Part shown: one piece after another, positions 9,521-17,722 of the stretch | How the letters are laid out: each line of letters opens with the position of its first letter | Position numbering within the stretch: the first letter of the stretch is position 1 | From: Bacteroidales bacterium | GTDB lineage: Bacteria; Bacteroidota; Bacteroidia; Bacteroidales; UBA4181 | DNA length: 64,000 nucleotides | NCBI GenBank assembly: GCA_031547085.1 | Contig: JAVBSH010000085.1 | Span: 21,579-85,578 of the forward strand | Direction: 5' to 3' | Translations under genes and position numbers: made by a program | The notes under the pieces: model-generated | What the model saw: only the letters and a program-made list of their open reading frames with translations | Database searches by the model: none | Told to the model about the DNA's origin: nothing

Positions 9521-9650
9521 AAATAGAGGTAATGAGCGAATAGGCTCTATATCGGTATTTTGATTAAACTACGATAAGTTATCGGCAACATTGGTTAGTT
9601 GCATCTCCGGCGTTACAAGCGAAGAAATCCTATTCTACGACACTCTATTT
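9521..9650 (-). ncRNA. Y-RNA-like unit 2 (basal stem, no tRNA module)
   Basis: AAATAGAG-TGTCGTAG-AATAGG-ATTTCTTCG...CCTATT-CGCTCATTAC-CTCTATTT; internal hairpins GCAAC/GTTGC and CGATA/TATCG. Confidence 0.7.
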
Positions 9651-9677
9651 ATATTCTTTCATATTTCAAATAACTGT

Positions 9678-9874
9678 TGGTCCCTCCAGTGAGATTCGAA
9701 CTCACATTCCCTCTCAGGCAGTATGGCTGTAAATACGCTTCCCTACTTCCGTGCTACCGATTTCGGTGCATCTGTAAACTCTACCCATTAGTCCGCACAG
9801 GTCTAACCGGAATTTCCACACACGCTGCGATAAGTCAATTTTTCCGCAGGCTTTTCCTTTTAAGCTATGGAGGG
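9678..9874 (-). ncRNA. 197-nt tRNA-like RNA with ~143-nt insert replacing the anticodon/variable region
   Basis: Acceptor CCCTCCA/TGGAGGG-A-CCA; TA; D arm GCTT-AAAAGGAA-AAGC; T arm GTGAG-TTCGAAT-CTCAC. Confidence 0.75.
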
Positions 9875-9880
9875 GATTAT

Positions 9881-10002
9881 AAAAAGCAAGGCGACAGGTC
9901 AACAAGAGACTATATACTGCTCTACCCGCTGAGCTACATCTTGCGATGGCCGGAATCGAACCGGCGGCCCGAAGGAACCCTTATTTACGGCACTTGCTTT
10001 TT
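9881..10002 (-). ncRNA. YrlA-type Y RNA (unit 1; permuted tRNA-like domain)
   Basis: Basal stem AAAAAGCAAG/CTTGCTTTTT with TGCCGTAA; T arm GCCGG-TTCGATT-CCGGC, capped acceptor CATC-GCAA-GATG, TA, D arm GCTC-AGCGGGTA-GAGC; begins 6 nt after the TROVE stop. Confidence 0.85.
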
Positions 10003-10008
10003 CTTTCC

Positions 10009-11526
10009 TTACAATTCGATGGCTTTAATCTCTTTCAAAGCATCGCTTCCATTATCGATGGCTGACAATATGTCGAATACTTTATCCGACCATCCGGCTA
10101 TCAAATGTACATCCTCCTGGGTGATATCCAACGGAACCTGTCCGTATCCCGCCAAATCGAACAAATACAATTTGGCACCCGGAGCGATAATTTTATACTT
10201 TTTCCAAACATCTTTCAGCTGGGTATCACCACCGTTGCTGTTCCACAACTGACAGTCGGTGAATATCATGATTTTATCCATCACCTTTTTCCGGTCGATC
10301 AAATCCTGGATCACCAAATGTCCGTTGGTAGAATATCCCACTTCGCCTTCCCGTTTGTAGAAAGCATCAACGTTGGATAGAACCCCGCTGTCCGGTAGAT
10401 TAACAACCTTCCATGTATCCCCGAATATCCCGGAAACCACATTCTTGCAACGGGATTTCAACAACATGCCAAGCATCAACCCGATATCGTAGCTCATCAC
10501 TTTGCTTTTCGGAGAAATAGCCCGTTGCATGGAACCTGATACGTCACAGGCCACCAATACCTTGGTCGATTCATCGAAACCGGCTATGTTTCCGGCAGCA
10601 ACTTTCACCGCCTCCTCCAACGCGTTCATGACTTTGGAAGCATAACCGGAACTGATTTGCGACAATTCCCTGAACGCAGCCAGAAAACGGAACGGCAATT
10701 GTTTGGACCGAAGCACTTTCTCCCGGGAATGGATCGTTTCACAAACCCGGTTGATGTGATTCAAAGAAACTTCCGCTTCCAGTATATTGCGAAGATTCCG
10801 CAACAAAGCCATATAACCTACTTTCCCGCTATCGATCAGTTCTTCCCATTTCTGAGTGAAAGCTGCTTTTTTAGCTTCTTCCGATTCAAATTTGTTCTGT
10901 CCCACGGCCGACAATTCTGTTTCCCACGTATAGGGAGTTTGCAAGGTACCTTCAACGATTTTATTGAAAACTATCTGCTGCTCGTCGTCTTTTGCTTTCG
11001 GGTGAACGAGAAACAAAGCATCCTTCAATTTGATTTCCGCATCGCGGTTATACTTGGCAAACTGGTATTCGTCGAACTTGTTGAACGCATTCTGTAGTCC
11101 GGACTGCAATTGTTTGGACAGACGGTTCAGCTTTTTAGTCCCTTTCCGCTCGTTTGCCAGTTGGTAATACGCCAGCAATTCGGTGATTTCATCCGCACGT
11201 TGAACGATCCGTGTTGTCATTTGGCACAACAAGGAATCTCCTGTATGAACTTTGGCCAACTCAACAGCCAATACCAACGGTATGGAACGAAGATTCATTT
11301 GCTCTCTTGCGTACACCGCCAAACGAGCCACAAATTGCGGATCGTTCTCACCAATCAGTTTGCGAAGGGATTCCAATCGCTCGGAAGCTGTTTCGTAAAA
11401 TTTATCGCTCAAAGAAGAAGTTACCACAGCGGTATACAAGTTCCACTCCGGAGATAATTGGTAAGCAGGTGCATTCTCATGGTTCAAAACCTGATTTTTT
11501 CCTTTGTTGATAAGATTGAATTTCAT
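10009..11526 (-). CDS. rsr: TROVE/vWA domain protein (Ro60/Rsr ortholog)
   Basis: LAVYARE.MNLRS, FDEYQFAKY, YMALLRNLRN, SKQLPFRF, vWA MIDAS DVSGSM and FTD. Confidence 0.93.
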   Translation of the reverse strand: MKFNLINKGKNQVLNHENAPAYQLSPEWNLYTAVVTSSLSDKFYETASERLESLRKLIGENDPQFVARLAVYAREQMNLRSIPLVLAVELAKVHTGDSLLCQMTTRIVQRADEITELLAYYQLANERKGTKKLNRLSKQLQSGLQNAFNKFDEYQFAKYNRDAEIKLKDALFLVHPKAKDDEQQIVFNKIVEGTLQTPYTWETELSAVGQNKFESEEAKKAAFTQKWEELIDSGKVGYMALLRNLRNILEAEVSLNHINRVCETIHSREKVLRSKQLPFRFLAAFRELSQISSGYASKVMNALEEAVKVAAGNIAGFDESTKVLVACDVSGSMQRAISPKSKVMSYDIGLMLGMLLKSRCKNVVSGIFGDTWKVVNLPDSGVLSNVDAFYKREGEVGYSTNGHLVIQDLIDRKKVMDKIMIFTDCQLWNSNGGDTQLKDVWKKYKIIAPGAKLYLFDLAGYGQVPLDITQEDVHLIAGWSDKVFDILSAIDNGSDALKEIKAIEL

Positions 11527-11554
11527 AACTTTTTGTTTTTATCGTTTGACTTTG

Positions 11555-11562
11555 CAAAGATA
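11555..11562 (-). promoter_or_regulatory. Bacteroidetes -7 promoter box for the rsr-Y RNA-rtcB operon
   Basis: TATCTTTG on the minus strand ~30 nt upstream of the rsr ATG. Confidence 0.7.
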
Positions 11563-11572
11563 TCCTCATAGG

Positions 11573-11591
11573 TGCGCAATCTTTTTGCGTA
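11573..11591. promoter_or_regulatory. palindromic operator, candidate WYL-regulator site
   Basis: TGCGCAA-TCTTT-TTGCGTA between two divergent -7 boxes. Confidence 0.6.
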
Positions 11592-11606
11592 ATAAAAATT
11601 ATTTTC

Positions 11607-11614
11607 TACTTTTG
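11607..11614 (+). promoter_or_regulatory. Bacteroidetes -7 promoter box for the M23-WYL unit
   Basis: TACTTTTG ~45 nt upstream of ATG 11658. Confidence 0.55.
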
Positions 11615-11657
11615 CAGAAAATAATTTGTAATCTGCTGGATATTAGATGATTTTTTT

Positions 11658-12185
11658 ATGAAAAAAATAAAAAGAAAAGTTGGTTGGAGTGTTCTTGTTA
11701 TTATTATAATCGGAATTCTCCTTCCTCAACAGTTTGCCATGCCTGTAGAAGGAGCCGACAGCAAGAGCTATAATGCGAATACATTCTGGTACTATCCCTG
11801 GGGAAAATCAATCATACATAAAGGTATTGATATTTTCGCTAAAGAAGGTACGAATATCTGTTCATCAACGCCCGGGCTGGTCATTGCTTCCGGTGAAAAC
11901 GGCAGGGGAGGAAATTTTGTGCTTGTTTTAGGAGCTAAATGGAGAGTGCATTATTTTGCACATCTAAAAGACATATACGCCAAACCTTTTACATGGGTTA
12001 ATAAAAGCAGACCAATCGGAACCGTCGGAAAAACCGGGAATGCAGCAACAACTCCGGCACATCTTCATTATGCAATTGTCACTCTGATACCATATCCCTG
12101 GTGCATTGACAGTGATAAACAAGGATGGAAGAAAATGTTCTATTTGAATCCGATTGATTATTTGAAAAAAGAAGAATCAAGATAA
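11658..12185 (+). CDS. M23 family metallopeptidase
   Basis: HKGID, HYFAHL, VGKTGNA, HLHY motifs; N-terminal anchor. Confidence 0.9.
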   Translation: MKKIKRKVGWSVLVIIIIGILLPQQFAMPVEGADSKSYNANTFWYYPWGKSIIHKGIDIFAKEGTNICSSTPGLVIASGENGRGGNFVLVLGAKWRVHYFAHLKDIYAKPFTWVNKSRPIGTVGKTGNAATTPAHLHYAIVTLIPYPWCIDSDKQGWKKMFYLNPIDYLKKEESR

Positions 12186-12197
12186 AGCCAAATCATT

Positions 12198-13208
12198 ATG
12201 CCTGCCAATAGAAATGCCCTCATCCGTTATAAAACCATTGATACGTGCCTGAGAAATCGTTATCGTCAGTGGACATTGGAGGATTTGATAGACGCTTGTT
12301 CCGATGCCCTTTACGAGTTCGAAGGAATCGAAAAAGGCATCAGCAAACGCACCATTCAGATGGACATCCAGTTGATGCGCAGTGAAAAACTGGGTTATAA
12401 CGCCCCGATTATCGTTTATGATAATAGGTATTATACGTATGAGGACCCAAACTACAGTATTACCAATACTCCACTTTCCGAACAAGATTTGAAAGTCATG
12501 TCGGAAGCTGTGGAAGTTCTGCGTCAATTCAAGGGATTTGATTATTTCACCGGAATGACGGATATTGTCAGTCGCTTGGAAGACCATGTGACTTCTGCCA
12601 GACAGCATACGATTCCGGTTATTGATTTTGAGAAGAATGAAAACCTGAAAGGATTGGAGCATCTGGATACGGTTTACCATGCCATTGTCAACAAGCAAAC
12701 GCTAAGTATCAAGTACCGTTCATTCAAAGCCCGCTCTGCCGGAACAATTATCTTTTATCCTTATTTATTGAAAGAATACCGCAACCGTTGGTTTGTTTTC
12801 GGATTGGAGAGAAAAAGCCGGACCTTACGCAATCTTGCCCTCGACCGCATTCATGGATTGGAAATTGCAACCGAAGAACGATTTATTGAAAACTCACTTT
12901 TCGACCCTGCTACTTTTTTCAATGATTTGGTAGGTGTTACCAAAAGTCTCAACTCCCAAGCGGAAAAGGTTCGTTTTTGGGCTGGCAGTGGAGATGCTCC
13001 TTATATTCTGACCAAACCGATTCACCGGAGTCAACAATTGATGGAACGGAATAATGACGGCAGTATGGTTTTTGAAATTGAAGTGGTAATCAACCAGGAA
13101 TTACAGCGGGAATTTTTGGGGTTTGCCAATGGTATCAAAATATTGGAGCCGCAACACCTGGTCGATTTTATAAAGACAAAACTGAAAAGGGCCAGTGAAA
13201 ACTATTAA
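12198..13208 (+). CDS. WYL domain transcriptional regulator (HTH-WYL-WCX)
   Basis: N-terminal wHTH (ISKRTIQMDI..MR), PYLLKEYRNRWF, LALDRI, C-terminal KILEP..L. Confidence 0.92.
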   Translation: MPANRNALIRYKTIDTCLRNRYRQWTLEDLIDACSDALYEFEGIEKGISKRTIQMDIQLMRSEKLGYNAPIIVYDNRYYTYEDPNYSITNTPLSEQDLKVMSEAVEVLRQFKGFDYFTGMTDIVSRLEDHVTSARQHTIPVIDFEKNENLKGLEHLDTVYHAIVNKQTLSIKYRSFKARSAGTIIFYPYLLKEYRNRWFVFGLERKSRTLRNLALDRIHGLEIATEERFIENSLFDPATFFNDLVGVTKSLNSQAEKVRFWAGSGDAPYILTKPIHRSQQLMERNNDGSMVFEIEVVINQELQREFLGFANGIKILEPQHLVDFIKTKLKRASENY

Positions 13209-13273
13209 GTTTCCAAAGTAAACCTATTGTGCTACGTCTTTGTTGTTATGTTTTAATTTGTAAATCAAAAAAC

Positions 13274-14029
13274 ATGTTTGAATCCGCACTATTAGGATTT
13301 ATATCCGGCTCGGCTGTTTTGATAGGAGCTTTACTGGGGTTATACCTCAAATTGAATAATAAGTTGATTGCCACTATCATGGCTTTTGGTGCAGGCGTAT
13401 TAATTTCGGCGTTGTCAATAGATTTGATGGATGACGCATTCGATAAAAGCCATGACCAGATAGTTATCGGTTTGAGCTTTTTAGCAGGTGCGGTTGTTTT
13501 TGTGGGAGGTGATTATCTTATTGATAAACAAGGAGGGCAATTCAGGAAAAGAGGGCATGGAATTTCCGAAAAGGCGAAAAGCGACAACCCGGAAGATAAC
13601 TCAGGTACAGCCATATTGCTGGGAACATTACTTGACGGAATTCCGGAATCCTTTGTTGTAGGCGCTTCGATTGCTGTGGGAGGAAATACCGGACTTGTAT
13701 TTATGGCCGCAGTTTTTTTAAGTAATCTGCCGGAAGGAATGTCCGGCACATTGGGAATGAAAATGGCAGGTTTGTCTACCAAGTACATCCTGATACTTTG
13801 GGGGATTACCCTTATTGTTACTGTTTTATCATCGATGGGCGGGTATGCCTTTCTCGGGGACAGTTCTCCTTCCATTCATGCCGGAACGATGGCTTTTGCT
13901 TCGGGCGCCATTTTGGCCATGTTATGTGACACCATGATTCCTGAAGCATTTAAATATGGAGGCCGGAGTGTAGCGTTAGTCACTGTTTTCGGATTCCTTG
14001 TTGCTTTTTTATTGAGCAAATCATTTTAA
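13274..14029 (+). CDS. ZIP family (GufA-like) metal transporter
   Basis: MAFGAGVLI, LDGIPES, VFLSNLPEG, DTMIPEAF. Confidence 0.88.
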   Translation: MFESALLGFISGSAVLIGALLGLYLKLNNKLIATIMAFGAGVLISALSIDLMDDAFDKSHDQIVIGLSFLAGAVVFVGGDYLIDKQGGQFRKRGHGISEKAKSDNPEDNSGTAILLGTLLDGIPESFVVGASIAVGGNTGLVFMAAVFLSNLPEGMSGTLGMKMAGLSTKYILILWGITLIVTVLSSMGGYAFLGDSSPSIHAGTMAFASGAILAMLCDTMIPEAFKYGGRSVALVTVFGFLVAFLLSKSF

Positions 14030-14135
14030 TCAGATAAAAGGGTTTTGCATTTTCCAGTATGAGAAAGCGACATACCTGTCTACCTCTGAAAATACCGACA
14101 AAGGTAAGACTGTCGCGGATAGAGTACTACTCCGG

Positions 14136-14417
14136 CTATTTCCGGTATGTCAACTCCAAAGCCTTGAATTTACATACAGCCACACAATCTCCGCAGGCAG
14201 TACATTTTTCGGGATGCTTCAATGCAACATGCAGTCCCGATTTGTCATTTGTTATATCCAATGCCTTACGGCGACACCTCTTTACACATCGCTGACACCC
14301 GGTACAGTTGTTGTCGATAACATAGACAACTTTGTTTTTCGCCCGTTTATTTCTACTGAAATGCACAGGAATAATAATAAGCAAGAGTAGGCTTGCCACA
14401 ATTAAAAATAGATTCAT
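14136..14417 (-). CDS. membrane-anchored 2x[4Fe-4S] ferredoxin
   Basis: CTGCQRCVKRC and CTACGDCVAVC. Confidence 0.85.
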   Translation of the reverse strand: MNLFLIVASLLLLIIIPVHFSRNKRAKNKVVYVIDNNCTGCQRCVKRCRRKALDITNDKSGLHVALKHPEKCTACGDCVAVCKFKALELTYRK

Positions 14418-15016
14418 CTTAAGGCTCCTTCTTTCTTTCTGACCAACCAGTACCAATGCGACGCGATTATTCTTCTCCGGCTGGATTGTGCTTTCTGCAA
14501 TTGAAAATCATCTCCAAAGACTCTTGCTATGTAGTCAGGTGTCAGTTTCATATTGCTTGGCGACTCATCCAGTGCCCAAATCAAATGGGTAGCCCCGGGT
14601 TTCAACAGGCGATAAACTTCCGAAACATAGTTAAGTTGGGCTTCTTCGTTCAGGCAGTGGAAACAACCGATATCAAAAGAAACGTCAAATGGTTTGGCAA
14701 GCATTTCCAGATTGGTTACGTCACCCACCATATAGGTTGGTTTATATTCGTCGCCGGATACCCGTTTTATCGCTTTCCCGATAGCAACGGCTGAGAAATC
14801 TACGCCGGTTGCCTGTATTTTTTGTCCGGCCATAAACCGTGAAAAGCGACCAAGGCCGCAACCTAATTCTAAAGAAGTCTGAGGTTTATGAACAGATACC
14901 ATTTCTTTCAGTTCTTTGGGAATACGGACATCTGTCCACACCCAATGAAAAGGGGTGTTATATACTTTGTCGAATGCAGCATTTGTAGAAGGTGCATCTG
15001 AAGGATTTGTAATCAT
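14414..15016 (-). CDS. class I SAM-dependent methyltransferase
   Basis: LELGCGLG, GVDFS, FDIGCFH, LLKPG. Confidence 0.9.
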   Translation of the reverse strand: MITNPSDAPSTNAAFDKVYNTPFHWVWTDVRIPKELKEMVSVHKPQTSLELGCGLGRFSRFMAGQKIQATGVDFSAVAIGKAIKRVSGDEYKPTYMVGDVTNLEMLAKPFDVSFDIGCFHCLNEEAQLNYVSEVYRLLKPGATHLIWALDESPSNMKLTPDYIARVFGDDFQLQKAQSSRRRIIASHWYWLVRKKEGALR

Positions 15017-15050
15017 CGTGATGTTTATTGGATTTTATTAGAATGGAATA

Positions 15051-15091
15051 AGTAAAACCGACTGCGACACTAATCAACAGTCAGTTTTACT
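15051..15091. terminator. hairpin/terminator
   Basis: AGTAAAACCGACTG...CAGTCAGTTTTACT inverted repeat. Confidence 0.5.
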
Positions 15092-15115
15092 AAGTATTGC
15101 GGTGTGTTCATCGCA

Positions 15116-15511
15116 TCACTTTCTTTCTGTATGAGCTTCTGAACCTGCAAAACAATAGTCGTCGCCACCGGGTCCAAAGCCCCTGCCATGTCCGAAGAAA
15201 TGAGCATGGTCGTGAAAATGATTATGGAATTTTTCCATCATCTCATTCTTTTCTTTAATAAATGCTTCCTTTTCTTCAGGGGTCTTTTTCATCCATTCTT
15301 CACAACGTTTGTCGATGGCTTCCACTGTAAATTTGCGTTTGCCGCAATGGTCTTCATGTTCGCCGTTGTTCATAGCTTCCATGCGCTTGTTCATGCATTC
15401 AAGCTTTTCTTCGTCGGTCATTTTTGACCATTTTTCGAACATTACTTTTCTTTCGTCTGTACCGAAGGGCATTCTTCCAAAGAATCCCATTCCAAAACCT
15501 CTTGTCATCAT
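15116..15511 (-). CDS. hypothetical protein with two W..MT.EEK-type repeats
   Basis: 131 aa; WSKMTDEEK and WMKKTPEEK; His/Gly-rich tail. Confidence 0.65.
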   Translation of the reverse strand: MMTRGFGMGFFGRMPFGTDERKVMFEKWSKMTDEEKLECMNKRMEAMNNGEHEDHCGKRKFTVEAIDKRCEEWMKKTPEEKEAFIKEKNEMMEKFHNHFHDHAHFFGHGRGFGPGGDDYCFAGSEAHTERK

Positions 15512-15634
15512 ACTATTTTAATTTTATTTGTTTTTAGTTTGTTTTAGAGTGCGCGCTCTACTTATGATGACAAACGAGAAGGGAAAATATTTTAGAAGTG
15601 ATGAAAAAATATATTTTGCTTCATAACAGAAAAG

Positions 15635-15964
15635 TCAAGTTCGTGGGGCATAATATATGATACATACACCCAATAACGCTATTAATGCCCCGATTATATC
15701 ATACTTGTCGGGTGAGTAATTATCAAACTTCATTGCCCATAAAATAGACATTACAATAAAAAATCCGCCGTAAGTCGCATAAACTCTTGCAAAATTCGAA
15801 GTTTGCCACGTTGCGACAACCCCGTAAAAGGCAAGTATTAATCCTCCTAAAAGCCCGTACCACCAAGGTTTGCCTTCTTTCAAACAAAGCCAGACAAGAT
15901 ATCCCCCGCCGATTTCACATAGTCCGGCTAGAATAAAAATGGGTATTGATTTCAATAGTGCCAT
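15635..15964 (-). CDS. YnfA family (UPF0060) small membrane protein
   Basis: LAGLCEIGGGYLVW, FARVYATYGG. Confidence 0.9.
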   Translation of the reverse strand: MALLKSIPIFILAGLCEIGGGYLVWLCLKEGKPWWYGLLGGLILAFYGVVATWQTSNFARVYATYGGFFIVMSILWAMKFDNYSPDKYDIIGALIALLGVCIIYYAPRT

Positions 15965-15974
15965 TACATATAAG

Positions 15975-16507
15975 TTATTTCTTTACCCAAACATGGGTGA
16001 TATCGCCGAAGACATATTTGCGGTATTCTCGTGGGTCTTTGTACATCTCGTTCACATAGCCTTTGGCTTCCTGCGAACAAAAATCATCGGGATTTGGGGT
16101 GGTGATTTGTGTCAACTTACATTCGATAATCAATTTGGCTTCTTGGAAAGACATATTGCCGGAAGGGGTTTGAATGGCTATCAGTTTCACTTCTTTCATT
16201 TTATCGCTGTCCCGTCCTGATTTACTTCCCAAAAGAGTACCTGTTTCTTGTATTCATCCGAAAAGTAAGACAGCGTATAGGTTTGCTCTTTCAGCATCAA
16301 TTCGAGCGTATAGCGGGCTGATTGAAGGATACACCAAGTAGCAGGTCTCCTGAAAAGAACTCCAAAGCCGCCCCCACTGGCCGTCATGGAATTATAATGG
16401 TCTGCCTTACCCGCAGTAATAACCGGAAAAACTTTCCCTGCCAACGTAAATGCATCATCAGAAATCTCTTCCGGTGAAATTTGTGTGAATAATTGGTCAA
16501 AACTCAT
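15975..16507 (-). pseudogene. flavin reductase family protein, frameshifted
   Basis: NSMTASGGG..RYTLE..YTLSYF in one frame and LGSKSGRDSDK in another; restored by one extra T in the run at 16231-16234. Confidence 0.75.
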
Positions 16508-16794
16508 TTGTTTGATAGTTACATGATTTGTGCGGCAAAGGTAATTAGAAAATAAGGAAACATTAGAAAAACCGGAAATTTCCTTTCTATCTTGCTAAGT
16601 TTATAACCGTTCGTTTCAATAAGTTTTTTACAACCAAACTATGAAAAGGGCGGACAAAGAAAAAGTAAACGTGTCCGAGCTTATTTTTGAGATGAACTAC
16701 AGTATACCACATAGTATGGCTTTTACAGAATGAATGAAGGAGCAACGGCAAACCATTGCCTAAGCGTTAAACGCTTGCCTGTATTCCATTGGTG

Positions 16795-16875
16795 TCTGAC
16801 GGGTCTTACTTTTGACTGCGGATACTCAAAGCCTAATTGATACGCGATTTCACTCACAGAAAGTTCCGTAGTTGC
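16795..16875 (-). pseudogene. AraC HTH remnant
   Basis: TELSVSEIAYQLGFEYPQS with no flanking domain. Confidence 0.6.
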
Positions 16876-17148
16876 ACTCATTGCGATAAAAATTACTATT
16901 TTTCTCATTGCAATTTTAATTTTTCATTTTCTTGTTACTCATTTATTTCTCAAGTTTCGTTTTGCTATATTTCCAAAGTTTCATGGTTGTAAATCTCTAT
17001 CTTATTTATCTTTACAATTTTCATCTATGTCATTTTGCATGCAAATGTACTATTTTAAAATCAGCGGTAATTATAAAGGGAGACATATCACCCGCAACAT
17101 CAATTAATACCTCACATTTGGCTCCCCATGCACGTCCCTTTTCAAGAT

Positions 17149-17263
17149 AACTTAAATACCGTTTCATCCACGTTCAGGCCCTCCGGGTTTTAGGGGAAAA
17201 TTTACGGGCGCTCCGCTGGTAATTTTTCCCCGTAAAAAACGTTCCTGAAACGGTATTTAAGTT
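17149..17263. repeat. large branched palindrome (copy 1)
   Basis: 18-bp perfect arms AACTTAAATACCGTTTCA/TGAAACGGTATTTAAGTT enclosing GGGGAAAAT...CGCTCCGCT...ATTTTTCCCC. Confidence 0.75.
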
Positions 17264-17722
17264 GGCCCGGATTTTGGGACTTAGCATGTGAAGCCGAAAC
17301 GATGACGCATAACAGATCGAATGCCGGGGATACTGTGGCAATATTCCCTCTCTGAAAGTCTCCAATGCTTTACATCATCAATATTTAAAACAAAGTCTTC
17401 CCGCATCCTATTGCATAAAGGATGAGAGGTGGGGGACTAAAGCTGTTCTCCTCTCAAATCTGCATAGTATTGTTCAAGGCTTTGCGGGTTCCCCTCTCTT
17501 TCATCTACTTTTCCTTTTTCACTTCGGCGACTCTTCCTTCTTTTTCTTCCCGAATTCCTTTGTTTTTCCATTTCTTCCCTCTCTCTTTTAACCCCCACCG
17601 GTGAAACACGATGACATCCGGTGTAACAGGTCGTCAGTCGCTTGTAAATCAGCGTTTTATATAAATCTACTGCCTATTTTTGACCCGGTATTTTTTAATT
17701 CACTATTCAAAAATCAAAAATT

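Noticed and set aside
9678-9874. tmRNA or group I intron-containing tRNA
   Set aside because: It has no G3-U70 alanine identity, has a full D stem and is too short for tmRNA. The insert is short for a group I intron, and I could not rebuild an anticodon stem from its flanks.
9158-10002. CRISPR array or ordinary tRNA cluster
   Set aside because: The units are self-complementary hairpins of variable length, not identical repeats with spacers; there are no cas genes; none has a complete cloverleaf with an anticodon arm.
9311-10252. ORFs 9311-9526, 9677-10252 (+) and 9714-9905 (-)
   Set aside because: They overlap structured RNAs or lie antisense to rsr, with non-ATG starts and no recognisable motifs; treated as shadow ORFs.
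17480-17600. Pyrimidine-rich tract as a possible oriT or small gene
   Set aside because: No recognisable nick motif or relaxase nearby, and the ORF there is compositionally spurious.
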